Shown piece after piece: positions 25,406 through 36,667 of a stretch of DNA of 64,000 bases. Position 1 is the stretch's first letter, and each line of letters starts with the position of its first letter. The notes below the pieces were generated by a model. That model saw only the letters and a program-made list of their open reading frames with translations. It did not search any database and was not told where the DNA came from. The stretch is from the NCBI GenBank assembly GCA_002189035.1, contig CM007989.1, positions 6,138,001 to 6,202,000 on the forward strand, read 5' to 3'. A program made the position numbers and the translations under genes. The stretch comes from Utricularia gibba. Taxonomy: Eukaryota > Plantae > Magnoliophyta.

Positions 25406-25661
25406 CTCGTTCCAACTCGCGTACAAGGCACGAAAACTCAGAGTCTGACCACCTGCAATACTCCTGCAACACTCCATTACAGTCTTCTGATATGTCTTGG
25501 TCAAAGTGTGAGAAAAAAACATAAAATATACACAAAATAAGAAAATATTAATTTTCTAATAAAAAGAAAATACTTAATAATAAGACTCTTAATTTATACG
25601 ACTTCATACATAATCAACACATAATGATACCTAATAATTAACTAGAAAATGGCACTTAACA
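25406..25661 (-). mobile_element. 5' end fragment of a family C LTR fused to the RT of element B
   Basis: Matches 10440-10670; ends gaaaatggcacttaaca. Confidence 0.85.
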
Positions 25662-27370
25662 AGTTTTGAAGAGAAGAAGGGTGGAAAGTACCAACTCACA
25701 TGTTTTTGGGTTGAGGTAAACAACGTTTTGTCTATAGCTGTACTTCTGAATCAACGAACAGATAATGACCTCGTATTTGGACTCATTAGGTCATTGGCAA
25801 CAGTCAAGAACATGCATGCAATTCGACGTGAGGATAATGATGACACATATTTTTGAGTGATTGAGTAAATGCAAAATATTTATATTGTGCTACGAAAATC
25901 AAGTTTTATTGCCTAGTTTCATATTTTTGCGCATAGTATCGTAGTAGTGATATTTTAGTCTTAGTTCGGACTAAATCGCATTTAGTCCCAACCTTCTAAT
26001 AGTTTCCTTCGAGCAATGCAGCACAGGTCGCAACACGAATCCCAAGGAGCCAAATATGAACAGTGTAGTGGTAGAGAAGGTGGCAGAAGTCTAAAAATGA
26101 ATACACACAAAATCCAAGGAGATGAAAAGTGAGATTTTGGACAAAAAGGGGGAAAGAGGGGGAGAGAAGGTAGATCTCCCCATTGGAGACTCACAAACAA
26201 CTTTCTGAAGAAGGTTTCTAGAGGAAGAAGAAGGGGAACGACGAACCAGAAGAACACACCTTCTCTTTGAAGATTTATTTTAGTTCTTAATGCATATTAT
26301 TCCTAGCTAAAACTAGTTTTAGATTCACTACGTGAACAATTTGTCCTTTCTATTTCTGTTATGGATTGCTTGTTGTTCTTTAATTTTGAAACCAGAATGT
26401 TGTTTAGAATATGCTATGAAAATGTTTTCCTTTCCCTTATCATGAGTGGGTAAGTACCTAGTGGGATGTCTTGGGGTGAAAGGAGGAGAAATGTGCTAAT
26501 CAATCTTTAGACCTAATCAGCCATAAGGTACGCCACTTTCTTAACAACCCTAATTAGAGGTAGACCAAAGATTAGGGAAAAAACAAGAATATGGGTAGAC
26601 CTAGATCTTGTGTATTAGTTATTTAGTGATAAGCATACATCCCCTAGGAGTCTTAAGGCATCATCCATTTCATTTTAGAAACAACCGTATTCCAAAACTT
26701 GTTACTTTTCTTTACTGCTTTCCATCTTTAGTCCTAGTTAAGACCAATTTTACCAACGTGACACTGACTCCTTGTATCGACCATCACATAGCAAGCACCT
26801 AGCTCCTTGTGTTCGACCATAGTCCACTATGCTCATATTTTTCGTATGACTTGATGTGAATTAGGTTTATAAATTTATTTGATAGGAAAAATTTGCAATT
26901 TAACGACTTGCACAAATTTTTCGTTTATCAAGTAACAACGGTTTGACCTCTTATCTTCTCGTTCGTCCAAGAGGGAGCAACATTGTACTATTCCCATGCC
27001 TCCTTGCTAGAGAGTGTAATGGAGATTAGACAATTCCTTACTTCTATGATCGGGTATTTGAGAAGATTATAGAAAGTAGATATGCAACGAATATAGGTGG
27101 ATAGGATTCTAATCACATAAACATTCCTTTATTTAATGTTTATTATTTAAGTTTATTTCTGTTGTTTTTTGATAATTTCCTTAAGCAACATCATTTACGT
27201 TTTTACTACCGTTTACTATACAAACTCATTTACAAATTGCGATAGTTATATTCGGTGTGAATTTCACCATTTCCTTGAAAAACAACTCCCTGTGTTTGAT
27301 AGTTTCGCTACGCACTTTGTGTTTTATGAGTTTAAAATCTTTAAAATTTATTGTAGAACGACACTCATCA
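25662..27370 (+). mobile_element. Family C (subtype E) LTR, 5'-truncated, split by solo LTR D1
   Basis: 25662-25837 plus 26931-27370 are colinear with the reverse complement of 47340-46723; ends GACACTCATCA. Confidence 0.8.
25838..26930 (+). mobile_element. Solo LTR D1 (Athila-like, 1093 bp)
   Basis: TGATGACACATATTTT...TCGTTTATCA; homologous along its length to 42334-43480; flanks GATAA/AGTAA. Confidence 0.88.
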
Positions 27371-27883
27371 CCTATGGCATTTGATATCAATCTTGTTACT
27401 AGCATCCCTATTTTTGGCTTTACACCCATGACTAGTATTTCATAGCCATCATCATTCACTATATGGATGTGCCTTTCTTAGAATACAACCATCTGTATCA
27501 CATCACGATACCTTTGCCTATAGCCTCTCTTTTCACATATCAACTGCTTGCAATCATTATTGATTTTCATGTTTCTCATCATTCAACCAAATGATTTTCA
27601 CTATCTACTGAACAACATTGCTGCACATAATATATAACTTATGTTGCTTTTATTTTTTACCTACTACTAATAGAGAAACAAGAAAAATGTTGGATAACCT
27701 AAGGTCAAAAGAAAATAATCAAAAGAAATACAAGTTGAAACTCAATCCTAAGACATATGATCATCTTAGGGTCACTTGCAAACCCCTTAAGAATAAAAGG
27801 AATAATGTTTTGTTTACAGAAAATTAGATCATCATGCAAAGTAGTGCACGTACAACATAAATGTCATCACGCCCATAAGATAA

Positions 27884-28345
27884 ATTGAGCATTTCACCCA
27901 TGATATTGCACTGAGCCATTATACCCATGTTAATACAAGTCACATCATATACAAATGAATTGAGGATAGTATTTTTGAAAATTTCATTGGCTCTGCTATA
28001 TTACTTTTTGATGTTGTTGATCTTAATGGTACTAAATTGATTCTATTCTTACATTAATTATTAGTGGGACATCTTTTTTAAAAGTGGAAAATTTATTGAT
28101 GAGAGATTTTTAATAATTTAAATTGCAGTTTAAATTTAATCGAATATCTATTAAAAAACATGTTAGAATTATAATAAAATAATTCAAAAAAACAAAAGCA
28201 TGTCTTATCTCTATTTTTTTAATTCATAAAATACAAATTTGAGTTAATATGTGATGGATGACATGACATAAATGGGGTTGTTTAGAAATCTACCCATCAC
28301 TTACAAATCTACCCACTCTTTCTCCTCTCTCATTTCACTTCTAAT
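27884..28345 (+). repeat. Dispersed repeat (pairs with 3866-4400)
   Basis: Direct visual alignment, about 85% identical. Confidence 0.85.
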
Positions 28346-29881
28346 CTCTCATTTTATTTTCTCTTATATTTATCTCTGTCCATTTCATTTTCATATTTAT
28401 AAATTTTATTTATTTAATTAAAAATCATATTTATATTATAATATATACATTAGTTCACTTTATAAAATACCATCTTAAAATTTTTGATTAATTAATACCA
28501 TATTTCACTTTTTGTTTATAAAATACTGTTTTTAATTTAACAATATTTTTTAAAATATCTATATATACATGTACCATATAATATATAAAATATTTTATTT
28601 TAAATATCATTTCATCATATGTAAAATGGATATATTTTAATTTTATAATTAACCATTTATTTTTATCATTATATAATTAAAAATAATAATTGAAATATAA
28701 TTTCAAATATCGTTTATAACATTGATGGATAGTGCTAGTAATTTTAATTACTTTTTAAAAGCATTTATAAATTCAAGTCAGCTATTGTTTCTACTTCAAT
28801 TTTTAATAAAAAAAAAATTTATTTTTATATAAAAATAATTTTAAATTTTAAATAAATTATCATAATTAAAATAAAATGAATTCTGATATTACACATGTTT
28901 AAAAAATAAAATATGTATATCATCTAATACAAATATAAATATTCAAAAGTTTAGAATTGATAAATTTGTCAAAAATAACATCAGATACATTTAATGATTA
29001 GGCTTTCAGATTTGCCAATGTGTAAATATATTTAGATAATTTTCTACATCATCCACATCGACAATGCCCCCAAAGGAACAAATGCAAAAAATTGTACGAA
29101 ACAAGAAAATTGTGTGTAATTTGAATGTAATTTTATGACATAGGAAAAATTGCATTCTTAACTTAAAAAAAATTCCATTAGATAAGTTTATTGCAAAAAC
29201 TTAAAAGAAAGAAAATAAATATATAATTCAAGTCATGAATTGGATTTAATATCAATTTATACAATCAATCATGCATTAGCAATGTGTTGGTAGAGTCATA
29301 TTTGATTTCAAATGCTTAATTATTCCAAATATATCATAAAGTATTTAAAAGCAAAATATGAATATTAAACACAACAAAATCTCTTTAAAAATTTAAAGAA
29401 TTGCAAAAAATACTGTTCTATTTATTTGTTGGTGTATTATCATTACCTGGATTCTAGGCACTACTTTATGTATAAAAAATGTCTGGATTCGAGACACTAA
29501 TTCGTGTTTAATTTTCGAATTTCATACGATTAATGTTATTTCAGACATTGTTAACACAAGAAATAGTTCCTAAAGTAGCATTTGTTTTCAGTTTGTTTAT
29601 GTGTTTAGTATTACTAATAACCTCTTATATGATATGATATGGTTTATACATATAAACCATGTGATATGATATCATATTGAATTATATACTTACATACTTA
29701 TATACTTAGAGAATGGGCCCACAACAGAAAGAGTTAAAACCCTTTAGAGAGAACAATAACAAAGTAGCTTTTTGCAACAATAAATAACTATTCCTCTATA
29801 TATAAACCATATGATATCATAAATATTTCAAATATACTGAATTATATATTTATATATTTATATATTTATATATATTTGATC

Positions 29882-29908
29882 TATATATATATATATATAT
29901 ATATATTA
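29882..29908. repeat. (AT)n microsatellite within a very AT-rich block
   Basis: tatatatatatatatatatatatata. Confidence 0.9.
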
Positions 29909-30489
29909 TATTTAATTAATATAATCTATTATCTTTAAAATTATTGAAGTATTTTTAAATATTGATATATCTATTTGATAACAATATATCATTGAAAGGC
30001 CTACTCATGTTATAAAAAATATTACAAACCGTATTAATTCCATCTATTTTCAACATCTCAAACCATACAACAAAGGTATCAAATAGAATAAATTATATTT
30101 TTAATGAATGCTACAAAATAAAAATGATCATATAATTTGACTTTCTAACCAGCAAGTTTAGTGGGAAACTTTGGGTATTCCCAAGGGTACTTCCACAAAA
30201 AGTTGGTCTATGAGTCATAATATCCATTTTGCAGGGGTGTTTTTGAAAATTAACCATTGTACATTTATCTCACACACTAAACAAAAAAAATATATATATA
30301 GAATGAGTAGATTTCTAACACAGTCAAAACACAGGGAGTATTTTTCAAAAAAACCCCATTTTGCGGATCTTTTACTAAGGTTATACTTTGTTTTTTTTTC
30401 AATAAGAAGTTATGGGTTTTTCAATTCTTCAAGCATATATCAATTGTAAAAAAATTGGAAAGGCAGGTACAATATGTTATGGATTTTAC

Positions 30490-30870
30490 ATTTTATATGC
30501 TCATGAATTCTAGTATACAATAGATCTAGGTGTCATGTGGGACAACATTATCTTCAAGCAATTCAACAATTCAACCAAAATAGATAGCAATAGTAATCTA
30601 AGTTCACATTGAAAATGTTCCATGTTAATTGGGAAACCCATCGATCTAACTTGAAGTGATAATGCACCGTCGATGGTCTCATCAGTCTTTATGTCCAATA
30701 GAAAAAAGCTCTGGAGAATTATAAATCAGAATCTAAAGCTTGTTATACGTCCGTATCATCTCTACTGAGTTTGAACAACAATGAAGATTGCCTGATCGGC
30801 AAAATTCAACTCATAGCTTACAATCATTTTCATACACTTTAGGCTTCTGATTAGTTCAAAACGTTTGAAA
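30490..30870 (-). pseudogene. Possible hAT transposase C-terminal remnant
   Basis: Weak similarity: YELNFADQAIFIVVQTQ vs hAT consensus NYFLxIVDQAIxSLxxRF; later DIKTDETIDG...CELRLL; many stops. Confidence 0.3.
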
Positions 30871-31585
30871 AAAGTATAATTTAGTGGTACTCACCACTGA
30901 AATCATCCATTTTTTGTTTTTTTTTTTGTTTTGTTTTTGTATAGAAACCAAATGCTATTTATTTATTTTATTTTTATAATTTCGATTTACTTTGACTTGA
31001 TGACATATAATTATATACATTATCTTTAATTTATTAATTTAATAACTGAGAATATTCTTAGGATCAATATATCCCTGAATTAAGAAAACGGAAAATTAGC
31101 GATATTTAAAAGAAAATGCTGTTGCTGAGCCATCCCAGCATGCATAATTATATTTATCAGGGGTATTTCGGGAAACTTATAAAAGACAGATGTTTTGATG
31201 GATAAATGAGTATAACTATGACGCCCATTTTGTGTGAATCAATTGCAACAGTAATTCTCAACACACATTAAAATTGATCCTTTTCATATTAATTTTGTAG
31301 GGGAAAGTGAAACGTGCACATGTATTATATTATATAATACGCATTTCATACATTCGTATTCTCACTCACACAGCCTTACAAAATTATTGTATTGCATGTT
31401 CATCCAAAATTTTTACCATCCGTGAATGAAAAGGAATGGCCACCTTTGTCGCATTACACATCCTTCAAACATCATCATTTCGCCCATTTGTCCTACTGGA
31501 ATTGGGAATGTGCTCCTCCTCCTCCTGCTATATAATACCATGAATTCTTTTATCTTCTTCCTTCCTTCCCACCGTTTTAACGGCG

Positions 31586-34572
31586 ATGATTCTTCGTTAC
31601 CATGTCGCCGTTACCTTCGCCGTTATCCTCGCACTCGCTGGCGCCGCGACACCGCCCTTCTCCTGCGGCCCAGGCACACCCTCGTTTCCATTCTGCAACA
31701 CCTCACTCCCTCTCCCGCAACGAGCGGCGGATCTGGTGTCACGATTAACTCTAGAAGAGAAGATTTCGCAGCTCGTGAGCTCCGCTTCCGCGATCCCCCG
31801 CCTCGGGGTCCCGGCGTACGAGTGGTGGTCGGAGGCCTTGCACGGCGTCTCCGGGTACGGCCGCGGAGTGTCCTTCGCCGGCGGGGTCCCCGCCGCCACC
31901 AGTTTCCCCCAAGTCATCGTCTCCGCGGCTACATTCGACTCCCATCTCTGGTACCGCATCGGTCAGGTACTATAACTACACTACCAGTTCATTCCTTCGA
32001 TTTATTTTAATTGAGTTGGGAAAATTGTAACCCATTCATTGCAGGCTGTGGGGGTAGAAGCGCGGGCAATGTACAACGAAGGGCAGACGAAGGGTTTGAC
32101 CTTCTGGGCGCCGAACATAAACATTTACAGGGACCCGAGGTGGGGGAGAGGTCAGGAAACACCTGGCGAGGACCCGTTGGTCGTGGCCAAGTACGCCGCC
32201 GCTTTTGTGAGGGGCTTCCAGGGAGAGCAATCCCCGGACCCGCAGCGGCCGGATCCCAGACGCGGCCGCCTCCTGGCCTCCGCTTGCTGTAAGCACTTCA
32301 CCGCCTACGATCTCGACCACTGGAATGGCGTCAACCGTTTCGGCTTCGACGCCAAGGTCATCGTCAATTCGTCATGCCTCTTTTTAATACTCTACTTAAT
32401 TCGTCTTACCCATCCAAATCATGCTATAATGAAATAAAATATTGCCTTTTTTAAAATATCGGTGGAAAAGGTGCATCATTAAATTACATGGGGCCCACAT
32501 ATTACCGACATTAATTACATGGTATCTGGTTATTTTAACAATTTTTAATATGAGTTGTTGCAGGTGAGCCCGCAAGACATGGCGGACACGTATCAGCCTC
32601 CTTTCAGGAGCTGCGTGGTGGAGGGGGAGCGAGTGGCATCATGTGCGCTTACAATCGCGTGAATGGAGTCCCCAACTGCGCCGACTACGACCTCTTGACC
32701 CGCACCGCCCGCGGCCAGTGGGGCTTCCACGGGTAACTACTAACTACTGCTCCCACTCGCATTACATCACTCACTGCACCGGCCGCCGCCCCACCTTCTT
32801 CAATGCGGGCCATTTAGGATAATGCCACTGTAGTTGTCCTCTTTTGAGAGAGAGGACTATTTTAGTAGGTGGAGGAAACCACCCTGAAAGTGAAATCATG
32901 TGAATTTGGCATACCCCAATCGAGTAATCCATTGCTTGTTGGGTAGGTACATAACCTCAGACTGTGGTGCCGTTTCAATAATACATGATGTCCATAAGTA
33001 CGCCAATTCACCTGAGGATGCGGTTGCGGATGTGCTCAACGCGGGTATCTCTTCTTTGCTTCTGATTTGTGAAGTTTTTCACCATGCCTTCGTGTAGGAA
33101 CTGCCATGCTTTCAGTGTCTGATGGTAGCCTGGTGTAGGGATGGACGTGGACTGTGGCTCCTACATGAAAGCATACACCAAGTCAGCTGTTGATCGGAAT
33201 AAGTTGCTAGAATCGCAGATTGACAGGGCTCTTCGCAACCTCTTTGAAGTCAGAATGAGATTAGGCCTTTTCGATGGCGATCCAAGAGTGCAACCATATG
33301 GTAAACTCAGAGCACAACATGTTTGCACCGCAGATCATCAGCTTCTAGCATTGGAGGCTGCGAGGAACGGCATTGTTCTGTTGAAGAACGAGCGTAAATT
33401 GCTTCCGCTCTCCAAGTCCAGAGCCTCCTCTATTGCTGTGATCGGCCCTAATGGTGACTCTGCTTATGTCCTCCTTGGAGACTATGAAGGCCCTCCTTGC
33501 AAATCCGTGGAGATTTTCAAAGCTCTCAAGGGGTATGTCACCAATACATGGTTCCACAAGGGGTGCAACTTTGTCAACTGTACTGCAGCCACTGTAGACG
33601 ATGCAGTTGCCTCTGCGAAGCAGGCAGAGTATGTGGTTCTGGTAATGGGGTTGGATCAGACACAAGAGACAGAGGATCATGATCGTGTGGATTTGAGGCT
33701 TCCCGGTCTGCAGGAGACTCTGATCAAGGCCGTGGCTTCAGCTTCGAAGAACCCTGTTGTGCTTGTGCTAGTCTGTGGAGGTCCAGTGGATGTTTCATTT
33801 GCAAAAGACGACAACAGAATCGGGAGCATCTTGTGGGCTGGTTATCCTGGAGAAGCTGGAGGCATTGCTCTTGCTGAGATCATATTTGGTGATCACAATC
33901 CAGGTCATTATCCTTGTATTACAAAGCTTCTTTGATCCTACTCGGCTGCTGATGCAACCTGCAATTTGTGTGTTTGCAGGTGGGAAGTTGCCTGTGACTT
34001 GGTACCCAAATGGCTTCACCCAAATCCCAATGACGGATATGCGGATGCGCCCCGATCCTTCATCAGGATATCCAGGGCGAAGCTATCGCTTCTACACCGG
34101 ACTGAAAGTTTTCGAGTTCGGCCATGGTCTAAGCTACACAACCTACTCCTATGAATTCGCCTCAGCAACACCAAACGTCATCAACCTGAGCCAATTCGCA
34201 ACACAAAGGAGTTACACGGAAGCCTCACAGTCCTGGAACTACCTCTCGGTCACAGAGATCGGAAAAGATAGCTGTGAGATGCTGAAGTTCTCATGCCATG
34301 TTGGTGTTGAAAACGCAGGCGAAATGGCAGGGAGGCACCCGGTTTTGCTGTTTCTGAGAAGTGAAAGAAGCGGCAGTGGGCAACCTGTGAAGCAGTTGGT
34401 GGGATTTCAGAGCGTTGGTCTGTATCCAAGAGAAAGGGCTGAAGTTGAATTCGTTGTGAGCCCATGCGAGCATCTTGCAACAGCTAATGAAGATGGTGTT
34501 ATGGTGATTGAAGAAGGATACAGCTTCTTGATGGTTGGGGACAGAGAGTACCCCATCAGCATTCACCTTTAG
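31586..34572 (+). CDS. BXL7: GH3 beta-D-xylosidase (BXL7-like), 6 exons; apparent 1-nt deletion in exon 3
   Basis: Exons 31586-31966, 32045-32356, 32564-32732, 32947-33044, 33139-33903, 33980-34572, all GT-AG. Signal peptide; motifs [45 protein letters not shown] (nucleophile Asp), GLDQTQETE. Exon sum 2318 nt, one short of a multiple of 3. Confidence 0.93.
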
Positions 34573-34856
34573 CTACAACTTCCTGGATATGTTCAAAACC
34601 AGCTTCTTTGTCGCACCAAACTTACTTTTGCAAAAGAGTGAGTGTTTTTCTTTTCACAACAGCCAACCATAGAACTCGAACTTACAGAACACGCTCAATC
34701 CAGACCTATAAACCTGATCACTGTAAGTAGCACGATGATACGTACCACCGGAGAAGACTGGGGCTCGCCCATTCTGTCGTCCATTCAGGCTTAAGGTTGA
34801 GGTACGTATACATACATAGCACACCGTACCATAAAAGCTGATCTTGTTCATGGCTT

Positions 34857-36667
34857 TCATTCTGTTTCCCGAGGACAACGAGCGGTCCAGAGGGCGCTGA
34901 GTGCTCGCAGACGTTGAAAATAATCGCCAAATGCAATCAACCCCCTGGCAGCTTCATGAGTAGTTAATATTCGAGCCATCTGAATCAGAGTTTGCTCTCG
35001 AAGATGATCAGCCTGCGTGTTGGAGAGTCGTTTGTCAGTATTTCAGGGATGTACACATTCCTCACGAGTTGGGCAATCTCTTATTCCTAGGAATCTGTGA
35101 AAGCAAAGTGCATCAGGAAGGAGAAGAATGGAGAGGGGCAGACAGACCTGGTGAATGAAGCCTTCTAAGGATTCCAATTTGTCCAACGCTGCAGCGGTCT
35201 GGGAGCAGTAGCTTCCAGCTCCAGAAGCTAAAAAGGCAAGACTCTGTGCCAGAGTCTGCTGCAGCTTATCCATCCCCTGCGACAAGGCTTCCTCTGCTTG
35301 TGCACATGAGTGCCGTAAACTGTCCACGCTGTTAACTTGGTCTTCCCTCAGCGGCCCAAGGTGAGGCTTCACAACCTATTCAACAAAACCATTATCATTC
35401 GTCCATACTTGACACTCTAACAGGAGAAGCTTCACTTTTGGTTGCTTTTCTGGCACAGGGTCTTGCCAGAAAAGCAGCAACAAAAATGGGGCCGACTAAG
35501 CTTTCTTGGATCATCATCAACTGAAAATGAACAAGAGTAGCTTCTTACAGTTATGAGTTCTGATGGCCGGAAACCTCCAATCCATAGGAAGAATCGCTCT
35601 ACGGAAGTCCTCCACATGCCGGAAACCACATAAAAGGCATCGAATCTTGCAGCATCTCGTTTCATGCGGAACAGATCGCAATAGTGGCTCAAAATGCTTT
35701 CCACCATGATCCGTAGCTCTGCTTCACATATACCAGACTGTACACCATTTTTAAGCTCGTATATCTTTGCCTCTTGGACATCTACCCAGTGTGCGTATTC
35801 CATATCAAACGCAGCAACACCTGCCATGAATGAAAACCAAGGGGAATTAAAGAAGCCAAACCCAAACATTCAGGCCTTAAAATCTGAATATTTGTTGACG
35901 GATTTGACACCAAACTGCAAAATATGCATACCTGAGTTCACAGTTCCGTATGCACCGATATGAGCAGCTGCAGTGGCATTGAACAAGCCCTGCAAGGGAG
36001 TTTTTAGATCAGTGGAATGTTTTCAAATGACCAATAAACAAAAAATGTAACCAAATAGAATACTTGTGTTCCATACATGATGCCTAGCTCTCTCCAGTTC
36101 TACCTCAAGTTGGGCCAGCTTCAACCTCTCTGTTTCCAGTTGCTGAACATAAGCCTGTTGTTTTCGCAGAGAAACAACATTTTTAGGATATGGGACTAGA
36201 ATAGGATGACCTGCTACAAGCATGAAAAGTGCTAAAACCTTCTTTCTCATCCGGCTTTTCCGTGCAGCTTCACGGTTTTGCGCCAGCCGTTTCTGTATCT
36301 GCCAAAACCACATAAGTGACTCAAATCAATACAAACACACTTGTAAAACTAGATCTTCTGAACGATTCTTGGCTGACTATGTTTCAGTTTCCTGAACTGA
36401 TTTATCAAGCATGAATATATAACGCCTTGTTCTCATCCAAGTTTTTTTCTACCATGAGCACTCTCTTACCAGAAGAACAGGAATTTCACTTCTAGAATGG
36501 TGTTTTACCTTGTCTTCCAGCTTTGTTTCCGTGCCTGCTATTATACTGACACTTGATCCAGGGCTGGTATTGCTATCAAAAGCTGCTTCCCACAAACCGA
36601 TATGATGAATTGATTCATATAAGCCCATTCGGCTAGAAGGGGCATATTCTGCCGTTGGAGTTGTCAT
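34857..36667 (-). CDS. TGA: TGA-class bZIP transcription factor with DOG1 domain (TGA1/4 or TGA3/7 type)
   Basis: Exons 36667-36509 (or -36470), 36298-36239 (IQKRLAQNREAARKSRMRKK), 36154-36077 (AYVQQLE), 35989-35932, 35820-35549 (FDMEYAHW...SGMWRTSVERFFLWIGGFRPSEL), 35375-35148 (QAEEALSQGMDKLQQTL), 35012-34857 (ADHLREQTL...RLRALSALW); all GT-AG with consistent phase. Confidence 0.93.

Noticed and set aside
27380-27560. Possible copia protease-region remnant on minus
   Set aside because: Similarity too weak to support by eye
31426-32320. Long alternative-frame and antisense ORFs over BXL exons 1-2 (194, 120, 94 aa)
   Set aside because: Shadow ORFs of GC-rich coding exons; no independent motifs
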